Positions 7,465 to 8,006 of a stretch of DNA of 8,006 nt are shown here, one piece after another. Position 1 is the first letter of the stretch, and every line of letters begins with the position of its first letter. This DNA comes from Octopus sinensis (taxonomy: Eukaryota): assembly GCF_006345805.1 (NCBI RefSeq), contig NW_021828541.1, forward strand, positions 1 to 8,006. Reading direction: 5' to 3'. Below the pieces are notes generated by a model that saw nothing but the letters and a program-made list of their open reading frames with translations, ran no database searches and had not been told where the DNA came from. The position numbers and the translations under genes are program-made.

Positions 7465-7741
7465 CCTACCGGGTCATAATCCATAACTGTCACGTTATAT
7501 ATATATAGACATATGTATACATCTGTCTAGGCATATATGTATGCAAAGAGTTAAATACTATGTTTGTGTGTTTGCATGAGTAAGTGTATATGTTAGGAGA
7601 AGTAATCACCCAGATCCTGTTTTGATGATAGACCAAACTGGCCAAATTATAATTTCATCCATTTCCTCATTACGTTGCTAAGTATATTTACCTTATACTT
7701 AAGATTTTCTCCTCGTTTCACCTCTACAAAAGTTGTATGTC

Positions 7742-7789
7742 ATTATTATTATTATTATTATTATTATATTATTATTATTATTATTATTA
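7742..7789. repeat. (ATT)n microsatellite
   Basis: Read directly, with one interruption. Confidence 0.96.
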
Positions 7790-8006
7790 ATGCACGATGC
7801 CAAGAGTGTCACTAGTCAATGCTGTAAATGATGACGGAAATCACATCAAAGAAGCCAGCCAAGTGAAGACTTCTTACAATAGTATTGTGGAAGCCTAAGT
7901 ACTTAAGAGATCTGGCTTTTACGGGAGCAGACTAAAATGGACTTCTTCTCGCTCTGACATCTTTATCAGTCCTGTTACACTTACACTCTCGTTCATAAAT
8001 ACACAG

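Noticed and set aside
7790-7960. Minus-strand KSILVCS...LKYLG-like peptide ending at an (AAT)n tract
   Set aside because: It needs a frameshift, and its spacing and position relative to a putative tail do not fit an RT domain.

Overview
AT-rich, microsatellite-dense, non-coding eukaryotic DNA, probably from an octopus (inferred from a SINE I recall as octopus-type; unverified). No intact protein-coding gene is supported. The main feature is two head-to-tail, 5'-truncated copies of one L1/Tx1-like non-LTR retrotransposon (765-2769 and 2987-4139). Both carry disrupted ORF2 remnants. Copy 1 keeps the RT QGC/YADD motifs and a CX2CX8HX4C knuckle. Both have a pyrimidine-rich 3' UTR, end in AATAAAGAAAC followed by (TATC)n instead of poly(A), and begin right after CTATCT. 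This suggests a (TATC/GATA)n-targeting or (TATC)n-tailing family that stacks at one site. The window also holds three different minimal type I hammerhead ribozyme motifs of the kind found in Penelope-like elements and retrozymes. One has an intact core (7410-7464, minus). One is degenerate and sits at the tip of a ~140-nt rod (351-393, plus). One is degenerate (6904-6939, minus). Other features are a tRNA-derived SINE fragment with a duplicated B box, a 168-bp direct repeat pair around a 301-bp spacer, and several (TA)n, (TATC)n and (ATT)n arrays. Structures were paired by hand, and no database search or folding was run.
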